From the NCBI GenBank assembly GCA_963842945.1, contig CAWJIM010000024.1:32001-96000 (forward strand): 64,000 bases of DNA. Reading direction: 5' to 3'. The notes beneath the pieces were generated by a model. It made no database searches. It was not told the origin of the DNA and saw only the letters and a program-made list of their open reading frames with translations. The stretch is from an uncultured Gemmatimonadales bacterium (GTDB taxonomy: Bacteria; Gemmatimonadota; Gemmatimonadetes; Gemmatimonadales; GWC2-71-9). The position numbers and the translations under genes were made by a program. Shown here piece by piece: positions 19,790-29,102 of the stretch; position 1 is the first letter of the stretch; every line of letters starts with the position of its first letter.

Positions 19790-20878
19790 CTAGACCAGTT
19801 CAAGCAGATCGGTCCGGCCGTCGGACAAGCACTCGGCGCCGCCGGGACCCAGATATACATCGTCTTCCAAGCGTATTCCGCCCCACCCCGGAAAATAGAT
19901 ACCAGGCTCTACCGTGACCACGGCATGAGACGGCAACGTCGCATCGGAGCTGGGCGACAGCCTGGGAGCCTCGTGCACCTCGAGCCCAAGCCCATGCCCC
20001 AGAGAATGCCCAAAAGCCTCGCCGAATCCCCGGATGGTGATCACCTCGCGGGCCAGGGCGTCTCCCTCGCGGCCGGTCATGCCGGGTCTCAGGTGCTCGA
20101 TTGCCTGCTGCTGCGCCGACTGCACCACTCCGTGAATCAGCCGCTGCCGCTCGTCGGCTCTGGCCCCCACCACCATGGTTCGGGTCAGGTCGGCGCAGTA
20201 CCCATCCACTTGGGCACCGAAGTCCACCAGGAGAAGTTCTCCCGCCTCAACCGGTCGAGGGCTGCTGCGGGCGTGCGGCAACGCCGAACGCTGACCCGAG
20301 GCGACAATAGTTGGAAACGGGTGCCACTGGCTCCCTCGCCGGCGCAGGACGCGCTCCAGGTCGGCGCCGATCTCCAATTCTGTTTGGCCCACCCGAATCC
20401 GAGGCAGTACTTCGGCCAGAGCCTCCTGGGCCAGCTCCGCTGCGGCCCTGATTGCCGCGATTTCTTCCGGCGACTTGATGACCCGCTGACGCTCGACCAG
20501 TTCACTCGTGGGCACCAGGCGAGCCGGGGTCAACCCGCTGAGCCGCTCGGCATCCTTGACGCTCATGACGTGGGATTCGATCCCGAGCCGCTCGATCCGG
20601 CCGTCGTTGAGCACCCTGCCCAGCCGGTCCCATACGCTGCGTGGATCGATCTCCACCACTGCTGCCCCACCAACCTCGGCCGGGGCCTGTGCCGCATACC
20701 TGAAATCGGAGATCAGGACGGTGACATCGTTCCGGACCAGCAGCAGCGCAGCCGAGCCGGTGAACCCGGTCAGGTAGCGAATATTGGGCAGGTGAGTGAT
20801 AACCAGCCCGTCCAGCCCCTCCGCTTCCAGCGCCAGCCTGAGCCCGGTTTGCCGCTCGATCCGGCGGTCAGCCGGCAC
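19790..20878 (-). CDS. Xaa-Pro aminopeptidase (M24)
   Basis: YLTGFTGS, DFGA...DLTRT, HSLGHGLGLEVHE, EPGIY and IRLEDD motifs. Confidence 0.93.
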   Translation of the reverse strand: MPADRRIERQTGLRLALEAEGLDGLVITHLPNIRYLTGFTGSAALLLVRNDVTVLISDFRYAAQAPAEVGGAAVVEIDPRSVWDRLGRVLNDGRIERLGIESHVMSVKDAERLSGLTPARLVPTSELVERQRVIKSPEEIAAIRAAAELAQEALAEVLPRIRVGQTELEIGADLERVLRRRGSQWHPFPTIVASGQRSALPHARSSPRPVEAGELLLVDFGAQVDGYCADLTRTMVVGARADERQRLIHGVVQSAQQQAIEHLRPGMTGREGDALAREVITIRGFGEAFGHSLGHGLGLEVHEAPRLSPSSDATLPSHAVVTVEPGIYFPGWGGIRLEDDVYLGPGGAECLSDGRTDLLELV

Positions 20879-21305
20879 GAAGCCGACCTATCAGCGCCTG
20901 CAAGGCCAGCAGATAGCTTTGTGCGCCGAACCCGGTCACCATGCCGAGTGCGAGGTCCGCTATGACCGAATGCCTACGCTCAGGCTCCCGAGCAAAAATG
21001 TTGGACAGGTGAAGCTCGACGAAGGGTACCCGCACCGCCAGAAGCGCGTCACGGAGCGCCAGGCTTGAATGCGTCAGCGCGGCCGCATTGATCAGGGCCC
21101 CGTCGGCTCGCCCTCGTAACCGCTGGACCGCTTCCACCATTTCACCTTCGTGATTGGTCTGAAACCAATCAATTTCGGCACCAAGGGGCTTGGCCGCTTC
21201 CCGGATCATGGCTTCGATATCCGCCAGACTGGTGCGGCCGTACAGTTCCGGCTCCCTCTCCCCCAGCAGATTGAGGTTGGGGCCGTTGAGCACGGCGACG
21301 CGCAT
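20868..21305 (-). CDS. aroQ: Type II 3-dehydroquinate dehydratase
   Basis: LNGPNLNLLGEREPELYG, NHEG and ELHLSNIFARE motifs. Confidence 0.97.
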   Translation of the reverse strand: MRVAVLNGPNLNLLGEREPELYGRTSLADIEAMIREAAKPLGAEIDWFQTNHEGEMVEAVQRLRGRADGALINAAALTHSSLALRDALLAVRVPFVELHLSNIFAREPERRHSVIADLALGMVTGFGAQSYLLALQALIGRLRAG

Positions 21306-22799
21306 TCAGCGCTTGAGGTTTTGCAACCAAGACTGGAACTGATCCAGATCGTCCTTGCTTGGGTCGCCTTCCTTGGTCTCCGCAGCGGAGCCCGAAGTTG
21401 CCGCGTTGAAGAAGTCGTCGAAGGAGACGGTGTCCGGTGAGCCCGCGGAAGGTGGAGCTGAACCTGCCGCAACTGTTCCTGCTGGGAATGCTCTTTCCTG
21501 AGCGGCGCCCGCCGAGGCTTCGGAGGATGGCCCCGGACTCCCCACCGGTCTGGCTGAAAGCAGGCTGTGAAAGAAGGCGACAACCGACTGCCCCTTCGTC
21601 TCCCGGACCGAATATGACCGCCGCGTCGATTCCGGGACTGAAGCGGGCTCGGGTACGACGATCGGCGGCGTGGCCGGCGCCGACTCAGCTGCTGGAGCAG
21701 ACTTCTGCGATTCAGAAGGCTCCTCTACTGCGGGAGGGATTTCAAACGCCGGCGGCGACGCCACCTCGATTTCAGGCCAGCCCGAAGCTGCCGGAGCCGG
21801 GGCGGCCGCCTCGGCATCCATGAAATCTTCGGCGGCATTGGGTACCCGGAATTCAGAAGCCCCCGAGCTCTGCAGTTCGACCTCGTCGGCGGTCTCGACC
21901 CCGAGATCCTCCACCTCCGGAGATCCAGCCGAGCCGTAGTCGTGAGCCAGCTCGGGATGCAAGTCGTAGGAGCCCTCTTTGGGAGGGACGAACTCCTGAC
22001 TGATGAGGCCAGGGAGCGTGACCGACTCCTCCGACGGACCAGCCGCATCCGGAGCAGTTGTTGCCGGGGGTGTTCCGGCTTTCTGGGGAGGCTCCCCGAT
22101 ATCGAGAAACTGGAGATCGGACGACGGCTTAGGCTCGGCGATGGCCGCCGTCAATTCCAGACTGGGAGCATCCTGGCCTGCTTTTGCCTCGGGCGGCTTT
22201 TCTTCGGGCGGCCTTGTTTCCGGAGACTTTGATTCCGGGCGCTCTGCTTCCGGGGACTTTGCATCAGCCGGTGGCACCGCCGCAGAAGACTTGTCTTCGA
22301 CCTCGGCTGCCACCGGCTCCGGCTGCTTGCTGACTGGCTCGGGCGCGGTCGGTTTGGCCGCGGCCGGCGCCTTGGCATCAGCGGCAACGGGATGCTGTTT
22401 GGCCGTCTCGATCCGAGCGAGTTGTTGCCGGGCCTCCTCGTTGCTCCGGTCTACCGAGATCAGCCGGTTCAGCCACCGTTGGGCATCGCTGAAGCGTTCC
22501 AGCCGTTCGTTGATGTCGGCCAGAGACTTGAGGGCAATGACATTTTCATCGTCCAGACGAAGCACGTGAGAGAATGCGGCCTCTGCCGCCGGGAGGTCTC
22601 CCAGGTCCCAATGGCAACGGCCAAGCACGATGCTGGCGGGTATGTAGTTGGGATGAAGCTCCAGCCCTGCCTTCAACAGCTCCAGGGCCCGTGCGATTTC
22701 TCCGTTTTTGCGATGGACTTCGGCCAAGGGAGCAAAGGTCAGCCCTTGAGGGTTCTCGGCGTACCGACGCTCTAGCTTTTCGATTTCCGTTGTGGCCAT
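21306..22799 (-). CDS. TPR protein with long acidic Pro-rich linker and conserved-looking C-terminal helix
   Basis: N-terminal TPRs (FAPLAEVHRKNG...); C-terminus DDLDQFQSWLQNLKR. Confidence 0.8.
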   Translation of the reverse strand: MATTEIEKLERRYAENPQGLTFAPLAEVHRKNGEIARALELLKAGLELHPNYIPASIVLGRCHWDLGDLPAAEAAFSHVLRLDDENVIALKSLADINERLERFSDAQRWLNRLISVDRSNEEARQQLARIETAKQHPVAADAKAPAAAKPTAPEPVSKQPEPVAAEVEDKSSAAVPPADAKSPEAERPESKSPETRPPEEKPPEAKAGQDAPSLELTAAIAEPKPSSDLQFLDIGEPPQKAGTPPATTAPDAAGPSEESVTLPGLISQEFVPPKEGSYDLHPELAHDYGSAGSPEVEDLGVETADEVELQSSGASEFRVPNAAEDFMDAEAAAPAPAASGWPEIEVASPPAFEIPPAVEEPSESQKSAPAAESAPATPPIVVPEPASVPESTRRSYSVRETKGQSVVAFFHSLLSARPVGSPGPSSEASAGAAQERAFPAGTVAAGSAPPSAGSPDTVSFDDFFNAATSGSAAETKEGDPSKDDLDQFQSWLQNLKR

Positions 22800-22988
22800 C
22801 GGTTCCCGGATCTTCAGGTCAGAACTGCTGGGGGAATCACGGCTTCTCTGCTGCGGGAAGTACGGTGAGAGTAGTTGGCGGCCCTCTGTGTGTCAACTGC
22901 TAAGCAGAATGGCGCCTTGAGGTTCTGCGCTGCCCGCCTTAAGCTTCAGCCTCGTCGCACATCTCACGGTCGGAGCCTCGATTCAGCT

Positions 22989-24821
22989 ATGATGCAAGCC
23001 TTTCGGAACGCGGCCAAGCCCCTCATGGTCGTGGTGGCCATCACCTTCTTTGCCTGGCTGGTGCTGGACCTCAGCGGAATTACCGGCGGCACCGGTCTGC
23101 TCACTCAGACCTCCGTCGGCAAGATCAACGGGCGAAGTATCGACGCCCGCACCTACCAGAGCATTGTTCAGCAGTCGATCGATGCCCGCCAACGGCAGAG
23201 TCCCGGAGCCATGGGGCTGGACGACTATCAGCAGGTCCGGGACGAGGTCTGGGACCAGATTGTCCAGAATAGCGTGCTCGATGCCGAGTACCGCCGCCGG
23301 GGCATCACCGTCAGCGAAGATGAGGTGGTGCAGGCCATCCGCACCTCTCCCCTGCCCGAGTTTCAGAAAGTCCCCGAGTTTCAGACCGATAGCCAGTTCG
23401 ACCTGGCCAAGTACCAGCGCTGGCTCACCTCCAGTGTGGCCCAGCAGTATCTCCCCAGCCTCGACGCCCAGTACCGGGACGAACTGCAACGGGCCAAGCT
23501 GCTACGGCTGGTGACCTCGGACATCTACCTGTCCGATGCCGCGCTCTGGGAGCGGTACCGGGACGAGCATGAGATGGTGAAGATCGGTCTCACCGCCATC
23601 GTGCCTCGCAATGCCGTACCCGATTCATCCATCCGGGTCAGCGATGCCGAAGTGGCCGCCTACTATAAGGCGCACCGGGACGAGTTCCAGCGGCCCAAGA
23701 CTGCCTACATGAGCTATGTGGCGCTGCCGCGCATGGCTACCCACGCGGACACTGCCGCCGTACGCGCCCGGGCCGATTCCGCCCGACAGGAAATCCTGCA
23801 CGGTGCCCCATTCGCTGAGGTAGCCAGCCGTGAGTCGGCCGACAGCGCCAGTGCGGTCAAGGGTGGCGATCTGGGTGAGTGGACCAAGGGAGCGATGGAT
23901 CCTGCCTTCGACTCCGCGGCGTTTGCGCTCCCCTTGCGCACGGTTTCTGCGCCAGTGCTCTCCCAGTTCGGCTTCCATCTCATCGAGATCACCAGCCGCA
24001 AGGGCAACAAGGCCAAGGGTCGACACATCCTGTTCCCTATCGAGGTAACCGGGAGCCATCGCGATCAGCTGGATACCCAAGCCGATAGCCTGGAGCATCT
24101 CGGCGCCGAGCGAAGCGACCCTGCAGCGCTCGACACGGTCGCCCGCGCCCTGAAACTCAGAATCGGGCACACCACCCCGGTTCAGCAAGGCACCAAGGTC
24201 CAACTCGGCCAACTGGTAGTGCCCGATGCGGGGGTCTGGGCCTTTCAGTCCAAGCCCGGCGCAACCAGTCCTGTCATCGAAACCTCATTCGCTTATTACA
24301 TCTTCCGGCTGGACAGCCTCCACGATGCCGGGATACCCCCGCTGGCTGAAGTCCGCTCCGCGGTCGTTTCCGTCGCGCGCGACCAGAAGAAGTGGGCCGC
24401 AGCCCGTCAGTTGGCAAAGGACTATCTGAAGCGAGTGGAGGGAGGAAGCTCAATGGCCCAGGCGGGTGCGGCCATGAAGCTGCCCCACCGAGAGTTCGGC
24501 CCCTTCAGCCGGATCAATCCTCCGCTCACCAATCCGGTTGTGGTCGGCGCGGCCTTTGGACTGAAGGAGGGAGAGCGGAGCGGTGTTCTCGATACCAAGG
24601 ACGGGGTCTACGTGATCGAGACGCTGCAGCACATCAAAGCCGACTCAGCCAAATTCGCCAAAGAGCTGGAGCAGTATAGAGCCCGGCTGATCAATGTGGC
24701 GAAACAGGAGCGGGTGAGAAACTACCTTACGGCCCTCCGCAAATCGGCCAAGATCGTGGATAATCGGGCCAAGGTCCTGCAGCAGTCCGGAACGCCACAG
24801 GCAGAACAGGCGGGGGTGTGA
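22989..24821 (+). CDS. PpiD/SurA-family peptidyl-prolyl isomerase chaperone
   Basis: N-terminal TM, SurA-N domain and parvulin motif SADSASAVKGGDLG...SQFGFHLI. Start placed at MMQAFR. Confidence 0.9.
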   Translation: MMQAFRNAAKPLMVVVAITFFAWLVLDLSGITGGTGLLTQTSVGKINGRSIDARTYQSIVQQSIDARQRQSPGAMGLDDYQQVRDEVWDQIVQNSVLDAEYRRRGITVSEDEVVQAIRTSPLPEFQKVPEFQTDSQFDLAKYQRWLTSSVAQQYLPSLDAQYRDELQRAKLLRLVTSDIYLSDAALWERYRDEHEMVKIGLTAIVPRNAVPDSSIRVSDAEVAAYYKAHRDEFQRPKTAYMSYVALPRMATHADTAAVRARADSARQEILHGAPFAEVASRESADSASAVKGGDLGEWTKGAMDPAFDSAAFALPLRTVSAPVLSQFGFHLIEITSRKGNKAKGRHILFPIEVTGSHRDQLDTQADSLEHLGAERSDPAALDTVARALKLRIGHTTPVQQGTKVQLGQLVVPDAGVWAFQSKPGATSPVIETSFAYYIFRLDSLHDAGIPPLAEVRSAVVSVARDQKKWAAARQLAKDYLKRVEGGSSMAQAGAAMKLPHREFGPFSRINPPLTNPVVVGAAFGLKEGERSGVLDTKDGVYVIETLQHIKADSAKFAKELEQYRARLINVAKQERVRNYLTALRKSAKIVDNRAKVLQQSGTPQAEQAGV

Positions 24822-24826
24822 TGTAA

Positions 24827-24935
24827 GCGGGGAAGCTGGGAAGCGCGAAAGACAGGAAGCCGGAAAAAACAAACCCCGGGACACAACGTCCCGGGGTTCT
24901 TGCTTCACGCCTGCCTCGCTTCCCAGCCTTCCCGC
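24827..24935. repeat. Inverted octamer arrays flanking a terminator hairpin
   Basis: GCGGGGAA GCTGGGAA GCGCGAAA GACAGGAA ... TTCCCAGC CTTCCCGC; the outer arms are near-perfect inverted repeats. Confidence 0.8.
24872..24898. terminator. Probable bidirectional intrinsic terminator between convergent ppiD and tatA
   Basis: AACCCCGGGAC-ACAAC-GTCCCGGGGTT with an A-run on the left and a T-rich right side. Confidence 0.8.
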
Positions 24936-25190
24936 CTATTGCGACAACCGCTTGGGCTCTCCCGAGGTCGGACTTGGGTTGGGCTGCTGAGCGTCCGGCA
25001 GGCGGGGCGGCAGATCTTGTCGCTGCTCGTCGGTGTTCATGATGGCATCTTGCGTGTCAGAAATACTGCGCTTGAACTCTCGAATGCCCTTCCCGATCGA
25101 GGAGCCCATCTCCGGCAGCCGCTTGGCCCCAAAGAGCAGCAGTACGACCAGCAAGATGACCAGAATCTCCCACATTCCGAGGTTTCCCAC
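24936..25190 (-). CDS. tatA: Twin-arginine translocase TatA/E
   Basis: EILVILLVVLLLFGAKRLPEMGSSIGKGIREFK. Confidence 0.95.
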   Translation of the reverse strand: MGNLGMWEILVILLVVLLLFGAKRLPEMGSSIGKGIREFKRSISDTQDAIMNTDEQRQDLPPRLPDAQQPNPSPTSGEPKRLSQ

Positions 25191-25198
25191 AGGTCCCC

Positions 25199-25468
25199 CT
25201 AGAAAAGCGACCGCGCGATCAGATAAGCCACCAGGACCCCGACGAGACTCAGAATCGAGACATGCAACCCGATGGGACCCAAGGTGAAGTCTACCACCAG
25301 GAGGTCCATCGAGACAGGTCCGAAACGGGGGGTCCAGGTGCTGGTGAGAAAGGTCCGGGCGGCGCTGTCGGGGAGGGTTTGCCGGAACAGGGATGTCATG
25401 GCTCCGCCCACAATGAACCCGACAATCAGGACTCCGACGTAGAAGCGTGGGCGATGCGGGCTTGGCAT
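25199..25468 (-). CDS. Small membrane protein, DUF4321-like
   Basis: Two hydrophobic segments with a DLLVVDFTLG...VSILSLVG pattern. Confidence 0.65.
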   Translation of the reverse strand: MPSPHRPRFYVGVLIVGFIVGGAMTSLFRQTLPDSAARTFLTSTWTPRFGPVSMDLLVVDFTLGPIGLHVSILSLVGVLVAYLIARSLF

Positions 25469-26457
25469 CAGCTCCTGCGATCGATGACGTACGTGATGCT
25501 GGCCCTCAAGGCCTCGCGAGCGGCAGAAGGCTGGAGCAGATCGAGCTCGGCATCCGCCTGCTGAGCGAGCTGGTGTGCGCGTTCCCGGGCATAGTCCAGT
25601 CCGCCGGCGTGGCTCACCGCCAGGATAACCTCGGCGATCAGTGCATCACCCGGCTCGGGCGAGTGCAGCAGGCGGGAGACCGCGCGGCGCTCCGCCTCCC
25701 CCAGGTTCGGCAAGGCAGCGATGAGAGGAAGCGTAACCTTGTGCTCGCGCAGGTCGGAGCCAAACGGCTTGCCGGTGACCGAGGCATCCTCCGTGTAATC
25801 GAGCAGGTCGTCCACAATCTGGAACGCCATTCCCAGAGCCTCGCCGAACCGGCGCAGCGCCCCCCGCTCTGCCGGACTGGCCTGAAGCGCGCCTATCTCG
25901 CACGATCCGGCAACGAGCGAGGCCGTCTTGGCCCGGATGAGCAGGTTGTACTCCTCTTCGGAGAATTCCAGCGGATCGTGCGCCAGGAGCTGCCGCATCT
26001 CACCAACGGTCATCTCATTGGTCACCCGGCTCAACACCCGCAGGGGCTCGAGGTCGTTCAGACCCACCAGCTCGATCACGGCGCGGGAGTACAGGTAGTC
26101 TCCCATGATGACCGACACCTGATGGCTGAACAGGGAGTTGATGGTGGGCATTCCCCGGCGGAGGACCGAGTGGTCTACCGAGTCGTCGTGAACCAGCGTG
26201 GCGAGGTGGATCAGTTCAACCACGGCGCCGAGGGTCGTTGCGCGGAGGTCGATGCTGCCGGTTGCCTCTTCAGCCAGGAGCAGCAGGGTGGGGCGGAACA
26301 TCTTCCCCTGCATCTGAAACAGATGCGAATTCACCCGGGTGATCAGCCCGAAGTCCGCCTCGACGATCCGCCGAAGCTCCTGTTGTACCCGCTCCAGGCG
26401 GGGGCGGAGAGGCCGCTGCAGTTCGGCGAGAGAAATCGGAGCGGTCTGATGACTCAC
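25468..26457 (-). CDS. Polyprenyl diphosphate synthase
   Basis: GKMFRP, LVHDDSVD...RRG and FQIVDDLLD motifs. Confidence 0.95.
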   Translation of the reverse strand: MSHQTAPISLAELQRPLRPRLERVQQELRRIVEADFGLITRVNSHLFQMQGKMFRPTLLLLAEEATGSIDLRATTLGAVVELIHLATLVHDDSVDHSVLRRGMPTINSLFSHQVSVIMGDYLYSRAVIELVGLNDLEPLRVLSRVTNEMTVGEMRQLLAHDPLEFSEEEYNLLIRAKTASLVAGSCEIGALQASPAERGALRRFGEALGMAFQIVDDLLDYTEDASVTGKPFGSDLREHKVTLPLIAALPNLGEAERRAVSRLLHSPEPGDALIAEVILAVSHAGGLDYARERAHQLAQQADAELDLLQPSAAREALRASITYVIDRRS

Positions 26458-28948
26458 GAGCGCCGTCCTGCGGTGAGCCGGTGGATTCGCTCACTCAGGT
26501 CCATGAATCGGATGTCGACCCCAACAGCCCGTTCGTAGCTGGCCATGGCTTCGGCTTTCTTTCCCAGGGCTTCGGAAGCCCGGCCCAACCAGTAGAGCAG
26601 GCCGATCTTGGCCTCGTCTGTTCCGTCCAGCCCATCCACCGCACGGCGGAGCACCGACTCGCACACAGCGTACTGTCCCTTCTCGAAAAACGCCATGCCA
26701 AGCGCCTCCGAGGTGCGCAGCCGGCCCTCCGAAGACCGCAGCGCTTTCTGAAACTCCGCGATGGCCTCGTCCAGCAGGCCCATCTCCTTGAACGCGATAC
26801 CGAGATCATAGTGCGACTGGTAGTCGTCGGACTCCAGGTTTTCGTCGATGCCGCGCTTGAACTGCTCCAGGATTTCGTGGAACTCACGCTGTTCATCCTG
26901 GTCCTTGGGTTCGCGGCGATTCACTCGCATACGGGTATCGCGCGGACCTTTCTCATCCCGCAGCATCGAGCCAAGATCTACAAACTCGTCGTCGGAGGAG
27001 GACGAAGCTCGACTGGCCCGCGCAGCCGAGGGAGCAGGTGCTGAGCTCGGAGCCGGCGCACTCGGTGTTTTCGATGCCGCCTGGGTGGGAGGCGAGGATG
27101 ACGGTGCTGGCGGCGGCGCCGGCGGCTTCAGGGCAGCCTCGGTCTGCCGGGCGGAGCCGTGTGGGCGGAGCCGGTGCGGGCGGAGCCGCCGGCTTGGTGT
27201 CCCCCCCCACGCGAGCCAGAGCAGCGGTGGCCCGGCCGTTGCCCGGATCGTGCTCGATCACCCGGCCGTACACCGCGGCTGCTTTATCCAGTGCCCCGGA
27301 CTTGGCCAGCGCGTCGCCCAGACCGAGGTAGGCCTCCAGCAGGGGTGCCCGGTCTCCGGTTCGGTAGGCCAGCTCGACCCGCTTCTGGTGGTGCCCAATG
27401 CTGTCAGGCGACAACTGAACCAGTCGATCGGCCATCTGCGACGCGCGAGTCCAATCCTGTCGATCCTCGAATCCGGCCAGTGCCAGCTCCAGCTCTTCGG
27501 CTACTCGGTCATTTTCGCCGAGCGACAGCAGCTTCTCGGCCAGGGCCAGATGGACGTCGGGATTTTCGGGATCATCCAGCACCCGATTCTCCAGATCCGC
27601 CAAGGAGTCGCTCGCAGAGGGTGGCGAACTGATCAGCGGAGGACTATGGCCGGCTACGTCGGTGTCAAGCGAGAGTCCGGAATCCTCCGACCCAGCCACA
27701 TCGGGCAGCGTGGTGAACCCCGTATCGCTATCCGGCAGAGACACGATCAGATCATCAGGAAAATCGATCGGGCTCTTGGGCGCATCCACGGAGAAGTCCA
27801 GCGGGCTCGCCTGGTCGGTAGCAAAGTTGTTCAATGACGTTTCCTGAATGCCATCCAGGGTCATCGACTCGAAATCGAGATTGGATGATTCTCCATCCCC
27901 GAGACTGGACGATTCTCCACCCCGCTGAATGTCAAGCGGCGCCGTCAGATCTGCGAGCGGCTCAATGTTATCACCCAGGCGCTCGATTCCCAGGAGGGGA
28001 TCTGGGCCCGAGCTACTGGGCGAGTCCTCGGAGACCAGCGGATCGACCACCAGGTCGTCGGCACCGGTCATTGCCCCGAAGTCCTCGTTCACCAGCAACC
28101 CCTCGGGGACGCTGGGTTCGGTCTCCGGTACGTTGGCTTGTACCTCAAGCTCGCTGACCGGTTCCGTCGGAGGTGGTTGGACCGGCGGCGGCTCGGCAGC
28201 GGCCCTCGGCGGATCCTTGGGCGGCCGGGAGTAAGCCTGGCCCCGAGGCGGACTGGTTTGCACTTCAACGCCGGTATCCAGAAAGATCAGATCGCCTCTT
28301 TTTGAAGGCGGGCCGGCGCGGCACTGGAGGGGTGGGATGATCGTGGTCCAGACCTTGGAGCCGTTCGCGGGTTTTCCGGGCTCCGCTCTTGTCGCCCGCG
28401 GTCTCCAGATCCTGCGCCATCTTCTCCAGCTGTTCCCGAGCTTCATCCCCCCGGGACGTGGCCCGAAGCAGATCAACCAGCATGCTCCGAATCTCCTGGC
28501 TGCCGGAGAACTGGTCTGCGAACAGCTTCACCGCCTGAAACGCCTGATCCAGCTGGCCCAGCGCGTTCATGCGCTCCAGGAACTCGATCAGGTTCCGTTT
28601 GGCCTCGCTGACCACGTTCTTGCGGGCATGAAGCTGACAGAGCTTGAGGTAGGTCTGGGTGCGCCCGGGGTTTACCCGGAGGATCTTGCCGCACAACGCG
28701 ATGGCGTTGTTGAAGAAGCCCTGGTCAGCGTAGAGATCCACCGCCCGCTCGTAGGACCGGACAGCTTCGGTGGAGTCGTTGATTTTGAGGTAGAGGTCGC
28801 CTACCCGGTTGTACAGCGAAAGATCGGGGGTGGTTTCAGCGCCTGATTCGGCCTGCTGAATGGCCTTCAGGTACACGTCGATGGCTTTTCGCCAATCCTC
28901 CTTTTGCTCCAGCTTCCGCGCCGTGTCTTTCAGCTTTTCCAGATTCAT
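26454..28948 (-). CDS. Large multi-TPR protein, SgmX-like; split by two probable sequencing frameshifts (~28310-28335 and ~27150)
   Basis: Three overlapping ORFs join into N-terminal TPRs, an acidic linker, TPRs, a Pro-rich linker and a C-terminal HYDLGIAFKEMGLLDEAIAEFQ TPR block. Confidence 0.78.
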
Positions 28949-29102
28949 GCGGCTCGGGGCTGAGGAGGAGGAACAGGGATAAGATTTGAAGTGCGCGAAA
29001 GATACCGGGCGGCCAAAACCCGGGCAAGCTCACGATGGTGCAACGATTTGCATGCACCAGACCCACTGTCAACGAAACGACTGGGAGGAGCGAGGAGTCG
29101 GC

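Noticed and set aside
27120..27200. GCTCCGCCC repeats in the TPR gene
   Set aside because: They are explained by a Pro/Ala-rich protein linker.
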